This document shows positions 36,918 to 45,207 of a stretch of DNA of 64,000 nucleotides, piece after piece. Every line of letters begins with the position of its first letter. Positions within the stretch are counted from its first letter, which is position 1. Made by a program: the position numbers and the translations under genes. Origin of the DNA: an uncultured Verrucomicrobiae bacterium (lineage in GTDB: Bacteria > Verrucomicrobiota > Verrucomicrobiia > Chthoniobacterales > UBA10450); assembly GCA_963801815.1 (NCBI GenBank), contig CAWDGJ010000006.1:52283-116282 (forward strand), in the 5' to 3' direction. Under the pieces are notes generated by a model. It worked only from the letters and a program-made list of their open reading frames with translations. It was not told the origin of the DNA and did not search any database.

Positions 36918-38321
36918 ATGGAAATTTCACGACGCCGATTTATTCGCCAGGCGGCTTGTGCCGCTCTCGGCACCAGTTCAATTGCATCGACGGTTTGGAA
37001 TTTGCGTGCGATCAATGCCGCAACCGCGCAGGCCATCAGTTCGACAGCCTCCGGCCCCGAGTTTCGCGCGCTAGTGTGTCTTTTCCTTTACGGCGGAAAC
37101 GACGCCAACAACATGGTCGTCCCCATCGACGATGCGACCTACAACGTCTACGCGAATGCGCGCGGACCGATCGCCCTCGCCCAAAGCTCGTTGTTGCCGC
37201 TCAATCTGGTCACGCCGGACCCGCAAGGGCGCAGTTTCGGAATCCATCCCAACATGCCGGAGTTGCAGTCGCTCTTTAATACAGATCGCAAACTGGCGAT
37301 CATGGCCAACGTTGGCACGTTGGTGGAGCCGACGACCGCCGCGCAGTACTTGAGCGGCTCCGCTAAGCTTCCGACCCAGCTCTTTTCGCACGCCGATCAA
37401 CAAGTCGAATGGCAAACTGGCTGGGCGGACGGCCCACGAGCGACCGGCTGGGGTGGGCGGCTCGCCGACCTCCTGACTTCGTTCAACAACCTCGACACCA
37501 TTTCGATGTCGATCTCGCTCTCAGGCTCGAACACGTTCCAGGTCGGCAATCAGGTCAGCGAATATCAGGTTTCGAATCAGGGACCTATCGGTCTTACCGG
37601 CTTTGGAAGTAAGGACGGGCAGATCCGTTACCAGGCGGTGCAGGATTTGTTGAACCTGCCGCACCAAAATCTTTTCGAAGCCGAGTTTGCCAGGATTACC
37701 AACCGGGCGATCACCAACAACGCGCTCCTCACAACCGCGCTAACAGGCGTGACGTTGAATACGCCGTTTCCCGCGAGTTCGGATTTGAGTGATCAATTAC
37801 AAATGATCGCGAAGATCATTGCCGTTCGTGACGCGCTCGGCATGCGCCGCCAAATTTATTTCTGCTCCGTCGGCGGCTACGACACTCACAATGACGAGCT
37901 CGCGACTCAAAACAATCTTCTCACTGAGCTGAGCCAGTGCATGAACGCATTTTATCAGGCGACCAAGGAGCTTGGCATTGCCGATCGCGTCACGCTGTTC
38001 ACCGCTTCCGATTTCAGCCGCACGTTTCAGTCAAACGGCGGCGGCTCGGATCACGCCTGGGGGAGCCACGCATTGATTCTCGGCGATTCGGTGAAGGGCG
38101 GCGATATTTACGGTGCCTACCCGACAGTCGCAATCGATGGACCGGACGATATCGGCGAAGGTCGCTGGGTGCCGACGACCTCAGTCGATGAATATTCATC
38201 CACGCTCGCGAAGTGGTACGGCGTCTCGAGTCCGACCGATCTCGCCACCGTGCTGCCGAACATTGGTCGCTTCGCGAATCCAGATATCGGGTTCATGAAT
38301 CAGCTTCCGCCACCAAGCTAG
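36918..38321 (+). CDS. DUF1501-domain protein (sulfatase-like fold) with twin-arginine signal
   Basis: MEISRRRFIRQAACAALG Tat motif. FLYGGNDANNMVVP and GGYDTHND motifs. Starts 2 nt after the DUF1800 stop. Confidence 0.85.
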   Translation: MEISRRRFIRQAACAALGTSSIASTVWNLRAINAATAQAISSTASGPEFRALVCLFLYGGNDANNMVVPIDDATYNVYANARGPIALAQSSLLPLNLVTPDPQGRSFGIHPNMPELQSLFNTDRKLAIMANVGTLVEPTTAAQYLSGSAKLPTQLFSHADQQVEWQTGWADGPRATGWGGRLADLLTSFNNLDTISMSISLSGSNTFQVGNQVSEYQVSNQGPIGLTGFGSKDGQIRYQAVQDLLNLPHQNLFEAEFARITNRAITNNALLTTALTGVTLNTPFPASSDLSDQLQMIAKIIAVRDALGMRRQIYFCSVGGYDTHNDELATQNNLLTELSQCMNAFYQATKELGIADRVTLFTASDFSRTFQSNGGGSDHAWGSHALILGDSVKGGDIYGAYPTVAIDGPDDIGEGRWVPTTSVDEYSSTLAKWYGVSSPTDLATVLPNIGRFANPDIGFMNQLPPPS

Positions 38322-38336
38322 TTTGATCTGGGGAGC

Positions 38337-38376
38337 GCACGCGCCTCGCGTGCTGTTCGCGGCGCCTCGCCGCGAA
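38337..38376. terminator. two tandem GC-rich hairpins between convergent genes
   Basis: gcacgcg-cct-cgcgtgc and ttcgcggcg-cct-cgccgcgaa. No clear T-tract, so this may be a REP-type element acting as a bidirectional terminator. Confidence 0.5.
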
Positions 38377-38380
38377 TGAC

Positions 38381-39286
38381 TTACTTCTCCGCCGCCCGAT
38401 ATACCAGGAATGCGGCAGCGATGTCTTCGACTGCCATGCCTAACGACTTGAAGACCGTCGTGTCGTTCGCACGCGAGGGAACTTTTCCGGCCAACGCTTC
38501 GCCGAGTTCGGCGTAGATCTTCCCGCCGGAAAGGATCACGTCGCCGGATTCCTTCATTGCTGCTTCGCGCGAATCGACAAAGAGAACGCTGTTTCGGATC
38601 GCGTCGTCATCGAGTTCGCGCCAATCGTGCCGGCAGGCACCGACCGCGTTCACGTGACAGCCATGTTTTAGCCATGCGCCGCGCAAGACCGGCGTCTTCG
38701 AACTTGTGACCGTGACGATGACGTCGGCTCCGCGCACCGCATCTTCCGCTGATGTTACTTTCGCGCCAATCTCATCGGAAAAGGTTTCTGCATTCGATTT
38801 CGTCTGGCTCCAAACGCGGACCTCTCTGAAATTCCTGACGAGCCGCAATGCTTCAAAATGACTGCGCGCCTGAACGCCGCTGCCAAGAATTGCCAGCACC
38901 GCGGCGTCTTTCGGCGCGAGCAGTTTCGTCGCCGCCGCGGAGACTGCCGCAGTTCGCATCTCTGTGATCAATCGCCCATCCATTACTGCTAGGGGCGCGC
39001 CGGTCCGCGGATCGTTGAGAATGATTAACGCCATGTGGGTGGGAATTCCTTTGGCGGCGTTCGGCGGATAGAACGTGACAATTTTCTGCCCGAGGCCGTC
39101 CGGCGTCAGAGCCGGCATGATTCCATAAAATCCGCCGGGCGGATCGACGGAAATCACTTGCCGGACCGGCTGCGTCACTTTTCCGGCCGAGAAATCGATC
39201 AGCGCTTTCTCCATCACTGGAATCAAATCCGCCATGCGCAAGTGTCGTCGGACCTGGTCCTCGTCGAGAAAGATCGGCGGATTCAT
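38381..39286 (-). CDS. ornithine cyclodeaminase / mu-crystallin family protein
   Basis: Start MNPPIFLDEDQVRRHL. The Rossmann motif ILGSGVQARSH and overall length are typical of the family. Confidence 0.8.
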   Translation of the reverse strand: MNPPIFLDEDQVRRHLRMADLIPVMEKALIDFSAGKVTQPVRQVISVDPPGGFYGIMPALTPDGLGQKIVTFYPPNAAKGIPTHMALIILNDPRTGAPLAVMDGRLITEMRTAAVSAAATKLLAPKDAAVLAILGSGVQARSHFEALRLVRNFREVRVWSQTKSNAETFSDEIGAKVTSAEDAVRGADVIVTVTSSKTPVLRGAWLKHGCHVNAVGACRHDWRELDDDAIRNSVLFVDSREAAMKESGDVILSGGKIYAELGEALAGKVPSRANDTTVFKSLGMAVEDIAAAFLVYRAAEK

Positions 39287-39379
39287 CAGGAATATGGGGT
39301 TTGATCGGGAATTTGAATCTAACCGGGCGCGGGGAACAAGATTAGCTTTACCCGGAGCCAATTTAGAGGAATTCTTCTC

Positions 39380-39793
39380 ATGAATATGTTTTCAACTCGC
39401 AAGTCTGAACCGCCCCCTTTAACGCCGTCGCCTCAACCGGCGCGGTCGAACGGAGCATCGTCTCCAACAACCGCGGCGGGGGGATTGCTCTCACGCGGAG
39501 TTTCCATCAAGGGCACGGTCAAATTCACGAACGAGCTCCTGATCGATGGTGAAGTCGAAGGCACGATCGACTCGACCGGATCGCTGACCATCGGCGAGCA
39601 CGCGTCGATTAAAGGCGAAATCAAATCGAAATCGGTGAAAGTGCGCGGAACGGTCCAGGGCGACATCTTTGCCACCGAACGCTGCGAGCTTCAGGCCGGT
39701 TGCACTTTGCAGGGCGACATCGAAGCGCCGCGATTGGTCGTTGATGAGAACGCCACGTTCCTCGGGAGCGCCAAGGTTACGCCGAAAAGCTGA
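39380..39793 (+). CDS. bactofilin (polymer-forming cytoskeletal protein)
   Basis: Repetitive beta-helix pattern IKGTVKFTNELLIDGEVEGTIDSTGSLTIGEHASIKGEIKS..VKVRGTVQGDI after a Pro-rich N-terminus. Confidence 0.85.
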   Translation: MNMFSTRKSEPPPLTPSPQPARSNGASSPTTAAGGLLSRGVSIKGTVKFTNELLIDGEVEGTIDSTGSLTIGEHASIKGEIKSKSVKVRGTVQGDIFATERCELQAGCTLQGDIEAPRLVVDENATFLGSAKVTPKS

Positions 39794-39898
39794 GGCTACT
39801 TTTCTCTGAATCGCGAATTACGCGGATACCCGTAAGAAGTTCGCCCAAACCGATAGTCTGACGTTGGTCTTATTTTTCCCGGATTCCTGCTTTCCTGA

Positions 39899-40108
39899 TT
39901 AATCGGACTCTTGCTCCAATTCGTCGCGCAATTTTCGGTTTAATTCCTGCCGAGCCGCCTTCTTGATCGCGCGCCGCTCGTCCGTTACTGCCTGCTTCTC
40001 GCGTTGGCGATCTTTGCGCGACCGCTGATCAACGTCCGCCGGCAAATGCGAAAGCTTCGGCCGATTCGCGCCGACTTTCCGCTCGTTCGGTTTTGCGTAA
40101 GGGTCCAT
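39899..40108 (-). CDS. small highly charged hypothetical protein
   Basis: 69-aa Lys/Arg/Glu-rich ORF filling the gap. I recognised no homolog. Confidence 0.4.
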   Translation of the reverse strand: MDPYAKPNERKVGANRPKLSHLPADVDQRSRKDRQREKQAVTDERRAIKKAARQELNRKLRDELEQESD

Positions 40109-40184
40109 CTCTTCCTCTTGATCAGTCTGACGGCCGGAACAATTTATTCGGCAAGCGGGGCGCTTATTCTACAATAACAAGCAC

Positions 40185-41132
40185 ATGTCACTCGATTTCG
40201 GTCAAATTCGCGCGGCTCATGAGCGGATCCGGCAGTACATTCATCGGACGCCGGTCCTGACCAGTTCACGTTTGGATGAGGCGAGCCGGGCGAAGTTATT
40301 TTTCAAGTGCGAAAACTTTCAAAAGATCGGCGCGTTTAAGGCCCGTGGCGCGACCAACGCGGTCTTTTCGCTCGATGATGCGACGGCGAAGCGGGGAGTG
40401 GCGACCCATTCGTCGGGAAATCATGGAACCGCACTGGCCCGGGCGGCGAAGCTTCGCGGGATTCCGGCGCACATCGTGATGCCGAAGAATTCGGCGAAAG
40501 TGAAAGTGCGCGCGGTCGAACGTTACGGCGCGCACGTCATTTTCTGCGAACCGAACGACGCGGCCCGCGAAGCCGCGTGTGCGGACGTGATCGCGAAGAC
40601 AGGCGCGACGCTGATTCACTCGTTTGAAAACCAGCACGTGATGGCGGGACAGGGGACCGCGGCGATTGAATTACTCGAAGACGCTGATGTCGATCTGGTG
40701 GTGTGTCCGGTTGGCGGCGGCGGGTTGTTATCCGGAACCGCGGTCGCGGCGAAATCGATGCGACCGAACATCAAAGTGGTCGCCGTCGAACCCGCGAATG
40801 CCGACGACACGGCGCAATCTTTTCGCGCCCATAAACGAATTGTTACGGAAAAGAAGTTCACGATCGCCGACGGCCTGCGGACAAATGTCGGCGAACAAAC
40901 GTTTCCGATTATCCAACGTTACGTCGACGATGTCGTCACTGTGAGTGAAGAAGCGATTGTCTCCGCGATGCGCACAATTTGGGAGACAATGAAGATCATC
41001 ATCGAACCGTCGGCGGCCGTTCCCTACGCGGCGATTGCCGAACACAAGATCGACATCGCGGGCAAGCGCGCCGGAATAATTTTCACCGGTGGCAACGTCG
41101 ATCTCGACGCACTGCCGTGGGCGGCAAAGTAA
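40185..41132 (+). CDS. PLP-dependent serine/threonine dehydratase family (fold type II)
   Basis: KCENFQKIGAFKARGA (PLP-binding Lys) and HSSGNHG motifs. 315 aa. Confidence 0.85.
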   Translation: MSLDFGQIRAAHERIRQYIHRTPVLTSSRLDEASRAKLFFKCENFQKIGAFKARGATNAVFSLDDATAKRGVATHSSGNHGTALARAAKLRGIPAHIVMPKNSAKVKVRAVERYGAHVIFCEPNDAAREAACADVIAKTGATLIHSFENQHVMAGQGTAAIELLEDADVDLVVCPVGGGGLLSGTAVAAKSMRPNIKVVAVEPANADDTAQSFRAHKRIVTEKKFTIADGLRTNVGEQTFPIIQRYVDDVVTVSEEAIVSAMRTIWETMKIIIEPSAAVPYAAIAEHKIDIAGKRAGIIFTGGNVDLDALPWAAK

Positions 41133-41134
41133 AA

Positions 41135-41166
41135 ATTAAGAAGTAAGAATTAAGAAGTTACTTAAG
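41135..41166. repeat. AAGAAGTAAGAAT word repeat between convergent genes
   Basis: attaagaagtaagaattaagaagttacttaag. The same 13-mer occurs in reverse orientation at 45172-45207. Confidence 0.7.
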
Positions 41167-41595
41167 CGTAATCTCGCGCATCGTTTTGGTGCCGAGAATT
41201 TCGCGGATGTCGAGACGCTTCACGGCCATGTCCTTTCGCTGGTCGGCCGAACCCATCACCTTCTCTTGGATTGGGTCCATTTTGTCCCGAAAATGATCGA
41301 ACGCCGCCATGTTCGGATATTCAACCAGAATGAGAATATTGAAGTCATGGGGATCGGACGCTTCGCCGGTCAGAATTTTGTAATCGAGGACGAGCTTTTG
41401 CTTTTTCAATTCCTCGTAGACTGGTTTTACTGTGCCGCTGATCTGTTTGAAGTATTCATCTGCGAGTCCCGTCTTGGTTTTGATCATGGACAAGACCCAA
41501 ACTGGTCCTTCGTTGTAAGGTGCGTTGCTTTGCGCGACGCAAAGACCGGACAAACCGAAGGTTAATGCAATAGTGGCGAGGATTGATATTTTCAT
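41158..41595 (-). CDS. secreted hypothetical protein
   Basis: Signal peptide MKISILATIALTFGLSGLCVAQ. 145 aa. Confidence 0.6.
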   Translation of the reverse strand: MKISILATIALTFGLSGLCVAQSNAPYNEGPVWVLSMIKTKTGLADEYFKQISGTVKPVYEELKKQKLVLDYKILTGEASDPHDFNILILVEYPNMAAFDHFRDKMDPIQEKVMGSADQRKDMAVKRLDIREILGTKTMREITLK

Positions 41596-41665
41596 GGGGC
41601 GACAGCTTGAGGGGTTGTCGGTTGCGTTGAACAGGATTTAATTCAGTTTCAGGAGCCTATTTATT

Positions 41666-42688
41666 ATGAAGAACAAAGTTTTGCTCGCACTTGGAGTAAT
41701 CACAGTCGCATTCGGCATCGCGGAGGCGCAAGCGAACCCGGCGATGATGAAGGCCGTCGTCGTGAACGAATTCGGCGGCCCGGAAGTTTTGAAATATCAA
41801 GACGCGCCGAAGCCGGAACCAAAGAGTGACGAAATTCTGGTTCGGGTGATGGCTGCAGCGGTGAATCCGGTCGACACCTACGTACGGCAAGGAAAGTTAT
41901 CCAGGGGCGGCGGCATTGGCGGCCCTATGATCATTGGCTACGACATCGCCGGCATCGTCGAGAAAACCGGTGCAGACGCGAAGAAGTTCAAAGCTGGCGA
42001 TCAGGTTTACTGTTATCTCTCAGTCATGCGCGGCGGCGGTTACGCCGAATACGCTGTTGCGAAAGAATCCGAGACCGCGCTCAAACCTAAGAACATCAAT
42101 TTCGTCGAAGCGGCCGCCGTTCCGTTGGCTGCAACAACCGCGTGGCAGGCGCTTATTGACACAGCGAAGATCGACAAGGGGCAAACGGTCCTGATTCACG
42201 GTGGCTCGGGCGGCGTCGGTAGTTTCGCGATCCAAATTGCGAAGGCACGCGGCACGAAGGTGATTGCGACGGCCTCAACGGCGCACCAGGAGTTGCTTAA
42301 GCAGCTGGGAGTCGATCAGGCGATCGATTACACGACCACGAAATTCGAGGACGTGGTGAAAGATGTGGATGTTGTTCTCAATTGCGTTCGCGCCGATGCG
42401 CTTGGTCGTTCCTATGGCGTGGTGAAAAAAGGCGGCATCATTGTCTCGATCACGGATGAGCCTGATCAAAATGAATGTACCAAACATGGAATCCGCGGCA
42501 CTCGAATGGGCGCACATCCGGATTCGAAGGTCCTCAACGAGCTCACGACACTGATCGAGGCGGGAAAGATGAAATCGATCGTTTCACAGACTTTCCCTTT
42601 AGCCGACGCCAGCAAAGCTCACCAGCAAGTCGAGACCCATCACACGCTCGGCAAAGTTGTTTTGAAGGTCGCGGATGAAAATAAATAG
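41666..42688 (+). CDS. MDR-family NAD(P)H:quinone oxidoreductase-like protein with N-terminal signal-like extension
   Basis: GGPEVLKYQD and the cofactor motif HGGSGGVGSFAIQIAK. The canonical MKAVVV start is preceded by MKNKVLLALGVITVAFGIAEAQA. Confidence 0.8.
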   Translation: MKNKVLLALGVITVAFGIAEAQANPAMMKAVVVNEFGGPEVLKYQDAPKPEPKSDEILVRVMAAAVNPVDTYVRQGKLSRGGGIGGPMIIGYDIAGIVEKTGADAKKFKAGDQVYCYLSVMRGGGYAEYAVAKESETALKPKNINFVEAAAVPLAATTAWQALIDTAKIDKGQTVLIHGGSGGVGSFAIQIAKARGTKVIATASTAHQELLKQLGVDQAIDYTTTKFEDVVKDVDVVLNCVRADALGRSYGVVKKGGIIVSITDEPDQNECTKHGIRGTRMGAHPDSKVLNELTTLIEAGKMKSIVSQTFPLADASKAHQQVETHHTLGKVVLKVADENK

Positions 42689-42700
42689 CCGAACTAAATT

Positions 42701-43714
42701 ATGAATCCAAGAATTGCTCTTGTTTCTGCGATGGTGGCATTTGCCACCACGTTTGCTGACTCGGCAACGATGAAAGCGATCGTCGCTCACGAATATGGTG
42801 GTCCTGAGGTCTTAAAACTTGAAGACATGCCGGTCCCGACGCCGAAAGAGGACGAGATGCTGGTCAAAGTCTTTGCCGCGGGTGTGAATTCGTTCGATGG
42901 AGTAATGCGGTCGGGTAAGTACGCAAAGCCCAACGGCACGCAACTGCCGTGGCATCCCGGCTACGACATCGCCGGTGTGATCGAAAAAGTCGGCGCCAAA
43001 GTTACTAAGTTTAAAGTGGGCGACCCTGTTTACGCTTTCATCGCCATTCTGAAAGGCGGCGGCTACGCGGAATATGCGCTGGCCAAAGAAACTGACGCGG
43101 CCTTAAAGCCGTCGACGATTAGCTTTGTAGAGGCGGCCGGCGCGCCAAGTGTCGCATTGACTGCCTGGCAGGCGATCGTTGATAAGGCGAACCTTCAACC
43201 CGGCCAGACGGTGCTGATTCACGGAGCCTCCGGCGGCGTGGGATTGTTCGCGATTCCGATTGCAAAAGTTCGGGGCGCTAAAGTTTTCGCAACTGCTTCG
43301 ACCGCCAATCAGGACTTTCTAAAGGAACTCGGAGCGGACGTTGCCATCGATTACAAGACACAGAAATTCGAGGACATTGCCAAGGATGTCGATGTCGTGA
43401 TCGATGGCGTTGGCGGTGAAACGCTGGCGCGGTCGTATCCGATCGTGAAAAAAGGCGGAATCATTGTCTCGCTGACTGACCGCGTCGATCAGGCGCAGCT
43501 GAACAAGTATGGAATTCGCGGCGCGTCTCTGGAGGTCCAGAACAACGGCGATGAGCTTGCCCAGATCGGGAAGCTAATCGATGAAAAGAAAATCAAGGTC
43601 ATCGTTTCCGAAACTTTTCCGCTCGCGGACGCAAACAAAGCGGAGACGAAAGCGGATACGGGTCATGCTCGCGGGAAAATCGTTTTGAAAATCGCTGACG
43701 AACCAAAATCCTGA
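42701..43714 (+). CDS. MDR-family NAD(P)H:quinone oxidoreductase-like protein, tandem paralog, signal-like extension
   Basis: GGPEVLKLED and HGASGGVGLFAIPIAK. The N-terminus is MNPRIALVSAMVAFATTFADSA before MKAIVA. Confidence 0.8.
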   Translation: MNPRIALVSAMVAFATTFADSATMKAIVAHEYGGPEVLKLEDMPVPTPKEDEMLVKVFAAGVNSFDGVMRSGKYAKPNGTQLPWHPGYDIAGVIEKVGAKVTKFKVGDPVYAFIAILKGGGYAEYALAKETDAALKPSTISFVEAAGAPSVALTAWQAIVDKANLQPGQTVLIHGASGGVGLFAIPIAKVRGAKVFATASTANQDFLKELGADVAIDYKTQKFEDIAKDVDVVIDGVGGETLARSYPIVKKGGIIVSLTDRVDQAQLNKYGIRGASLEVQNNGDELAQIGKLIDEKKIKVIVSETFPLADANKAETKADTGHARGKIVLKIADEPKS

Positions 43715-43720
43715 GCCCAC

Positions 43721-44230
43721 ATGAATTGGGAAGCGATCAACGCCATTGCGCAGCTCGTGAGTTCGTTCGCGGTGGTCGCTTCTTTCTGGTATCTCGCGGT
43801 TCAAGTACATCGCAGCACGCGGATCGCCAGACTCTCCGCGCAAGACGCGGCGACGACGGCGTTACGGGACGTCACGCGTCCGTTTGCCGAAAATGCTGAG
43901 AACAATCGAATCTGGGTCACGGGCCTGGAAAATCTCGACACGCTCTCTGCGGAAGATAAGGCGCGCTTCTTTCATTTCGCCTTCCAATTTTTGAAGGCCA
44001 TGGAAACGATCCACTTTCACTACATTTACGGATTGATGGATGAATCAATCTGGCGTGGGTGGGCCAATCTTTACCAACATTATCTCGCCACTCCCGGATT
44101 GGGATTTTACTGGAGCGTGCGGCAGAATCTTTTTTCAGAGCGTTTTCAGGAATTTGTGGCCGGATTCACTCGACCTGAAAGGCGACTGACCGTCGCGAAC
44201 GTGCTCGGTCACGAAAAGATCGACAAATAG
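43721..44230 (+). CDS. hypothetical membrane-anchored protein
   Basis: 169 aa with one N-terminal TM segment (AQLVSSFAVVASFWYLAV). Starts 6 nt after the upstream stop. Confidence 0.55.
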   Translation: MNWEAINAIAQLVSSFAVVASFWYLAVQVHRSTRIARLSAQDAATTALRDVTRPFAENAENNRIWVTGLENLDTLSAEDKARFFHFAFQFLKAMETIHFHYIYGLMDESIWRGWANLYQHYLATPGLGFYWSVRQNLFSERFQEFVAGFTRPERRLTVANVLGHEKIDK

Positions 44231-44260
44231 CTGCGACCGCGGGCCGTGAAGTAACCGGTG

Positions 44261-44548
44261 CTAGTGCGCGAAGCGTCGCACCGAACCCTTGGCTTCGGAT
44301 TTCGAAGAGGGCTTCCGGCGCGACTTGAGAAAACCGGAGGTGCGGGTCGCGGTCGACGCACTCGTCTGAACCCGGACAGTGACACAGGCGTCGGCTGGAT
44401 CGCCGCCGAACAAGCGCTCCCAATCGGCGCGGGCGGCCTGGCAAATTTGCCGGTAACGCAGGTCAAGCGCCTGACGTAAGCCGGCGACGATTTCTGCCTT
44501 CTCGCTCGCGCGGGTGAACACAGACTGTGCCTGCTGTTCGATGCTCAT
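44261..44548 (-). CDS. hypothetical protein
   Basis: The only plausible ORF in the 44.23-44.77 kb gap. Helical-looking N-half and a basic tail. Weak support. Confidence 0.3.
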   Translation of the reverse strand: MSIEQQAQSVFTRASEKAEIVAGLRQALDLRYRQICQAARADWERLFGGDPADACVTVRVQTSASTATRTSGFLKSRRKPSSKSEAKGSVRRFAH

Positions 44549-44768
44549 TACCTGGTCTTGAGCAGGAAACACGCCCGGTTCAGAAGTCAGCGGTTCGCAG
44601 CGAGCGAGCTTTACGGCGGGACGCCGTGAGCTCTTTGCGAATCCGCCTAGGGAATCACGCCGCTCTGCGGCAAACTAAATCCAGGGAACAAAAAGATGAA
44701 CTGGCGGGAGCGTAAGCCGGCGACTCGGTTTCGGTGGAAACCGAGCGGTCAGAGGCAGAGTTCAGGCG

Positions 44769-45170
44769 TCAGAAACCGCGTTCTGCGGGAACATCCTCGC
44801 CGACAAAGCGATATCGGGCGCGCGAGAGATTGCCGACATGCGTAATCGTCCCGGCGCGATAGACGTAACCGCGCAACTTTTGCGGGTCTCGTTTGCTGAC
44901 AAAAATTCCGCCATCGCGCCAGGCATAGCTTTCCCGGATTTTACGCGGCGCTCGGTAGTAATAACCAATTTTATCGACCGCGTTTAGAGTGTAGACACCC
45001 GCTGGAAAATGCAGCGTCGCGATCTGCTTCTCGGAATAAAGTTCGAGATAACGCCTGGTTGGCGGTCCTTCACTAGGACTTATCAGTTGCGGGTGACTGC
45101 TGCCGGCGCACGCGGAAAGGAAGAGGGATGAAGTAAAAATTAAGAAAAGCTGAACGGAGCGCGGCGGCAT
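44769..45170 (-). CDS. lipoprotein, unknown function
   Basis: Signal/lipobox LFLIFTSSLFLSAC. 133 aa. Confidence 0.6.
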   Translation of the reverse strand: MPPRSVQLFLIFTSSLFLSACAGSSHPQLISPSEGPPTRRYLELYSEKQIATLHFPAGVYTLNAVDKIGYYYRAPRKIRESYAWRDGGIFVSKRDPQKLRGYVYRAGTITHVGNLSRARYRFVGEDVPAERGF

Positions 45171-45171
45171 A

Positions 45172-45207
45172 CTTCTTACTTTTTGATTCTTACTTCTTAC
45201 TTTCTTC
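45172..45207. repeat. AAGAAGTAAGAAT word repeat (reverse orientation) at a gene junction
   Basis: cttcttactttttgattcttacttcttactttcttc. Encodes the EESKK-stop of the DUF885 gene. Confidence 0.7.
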
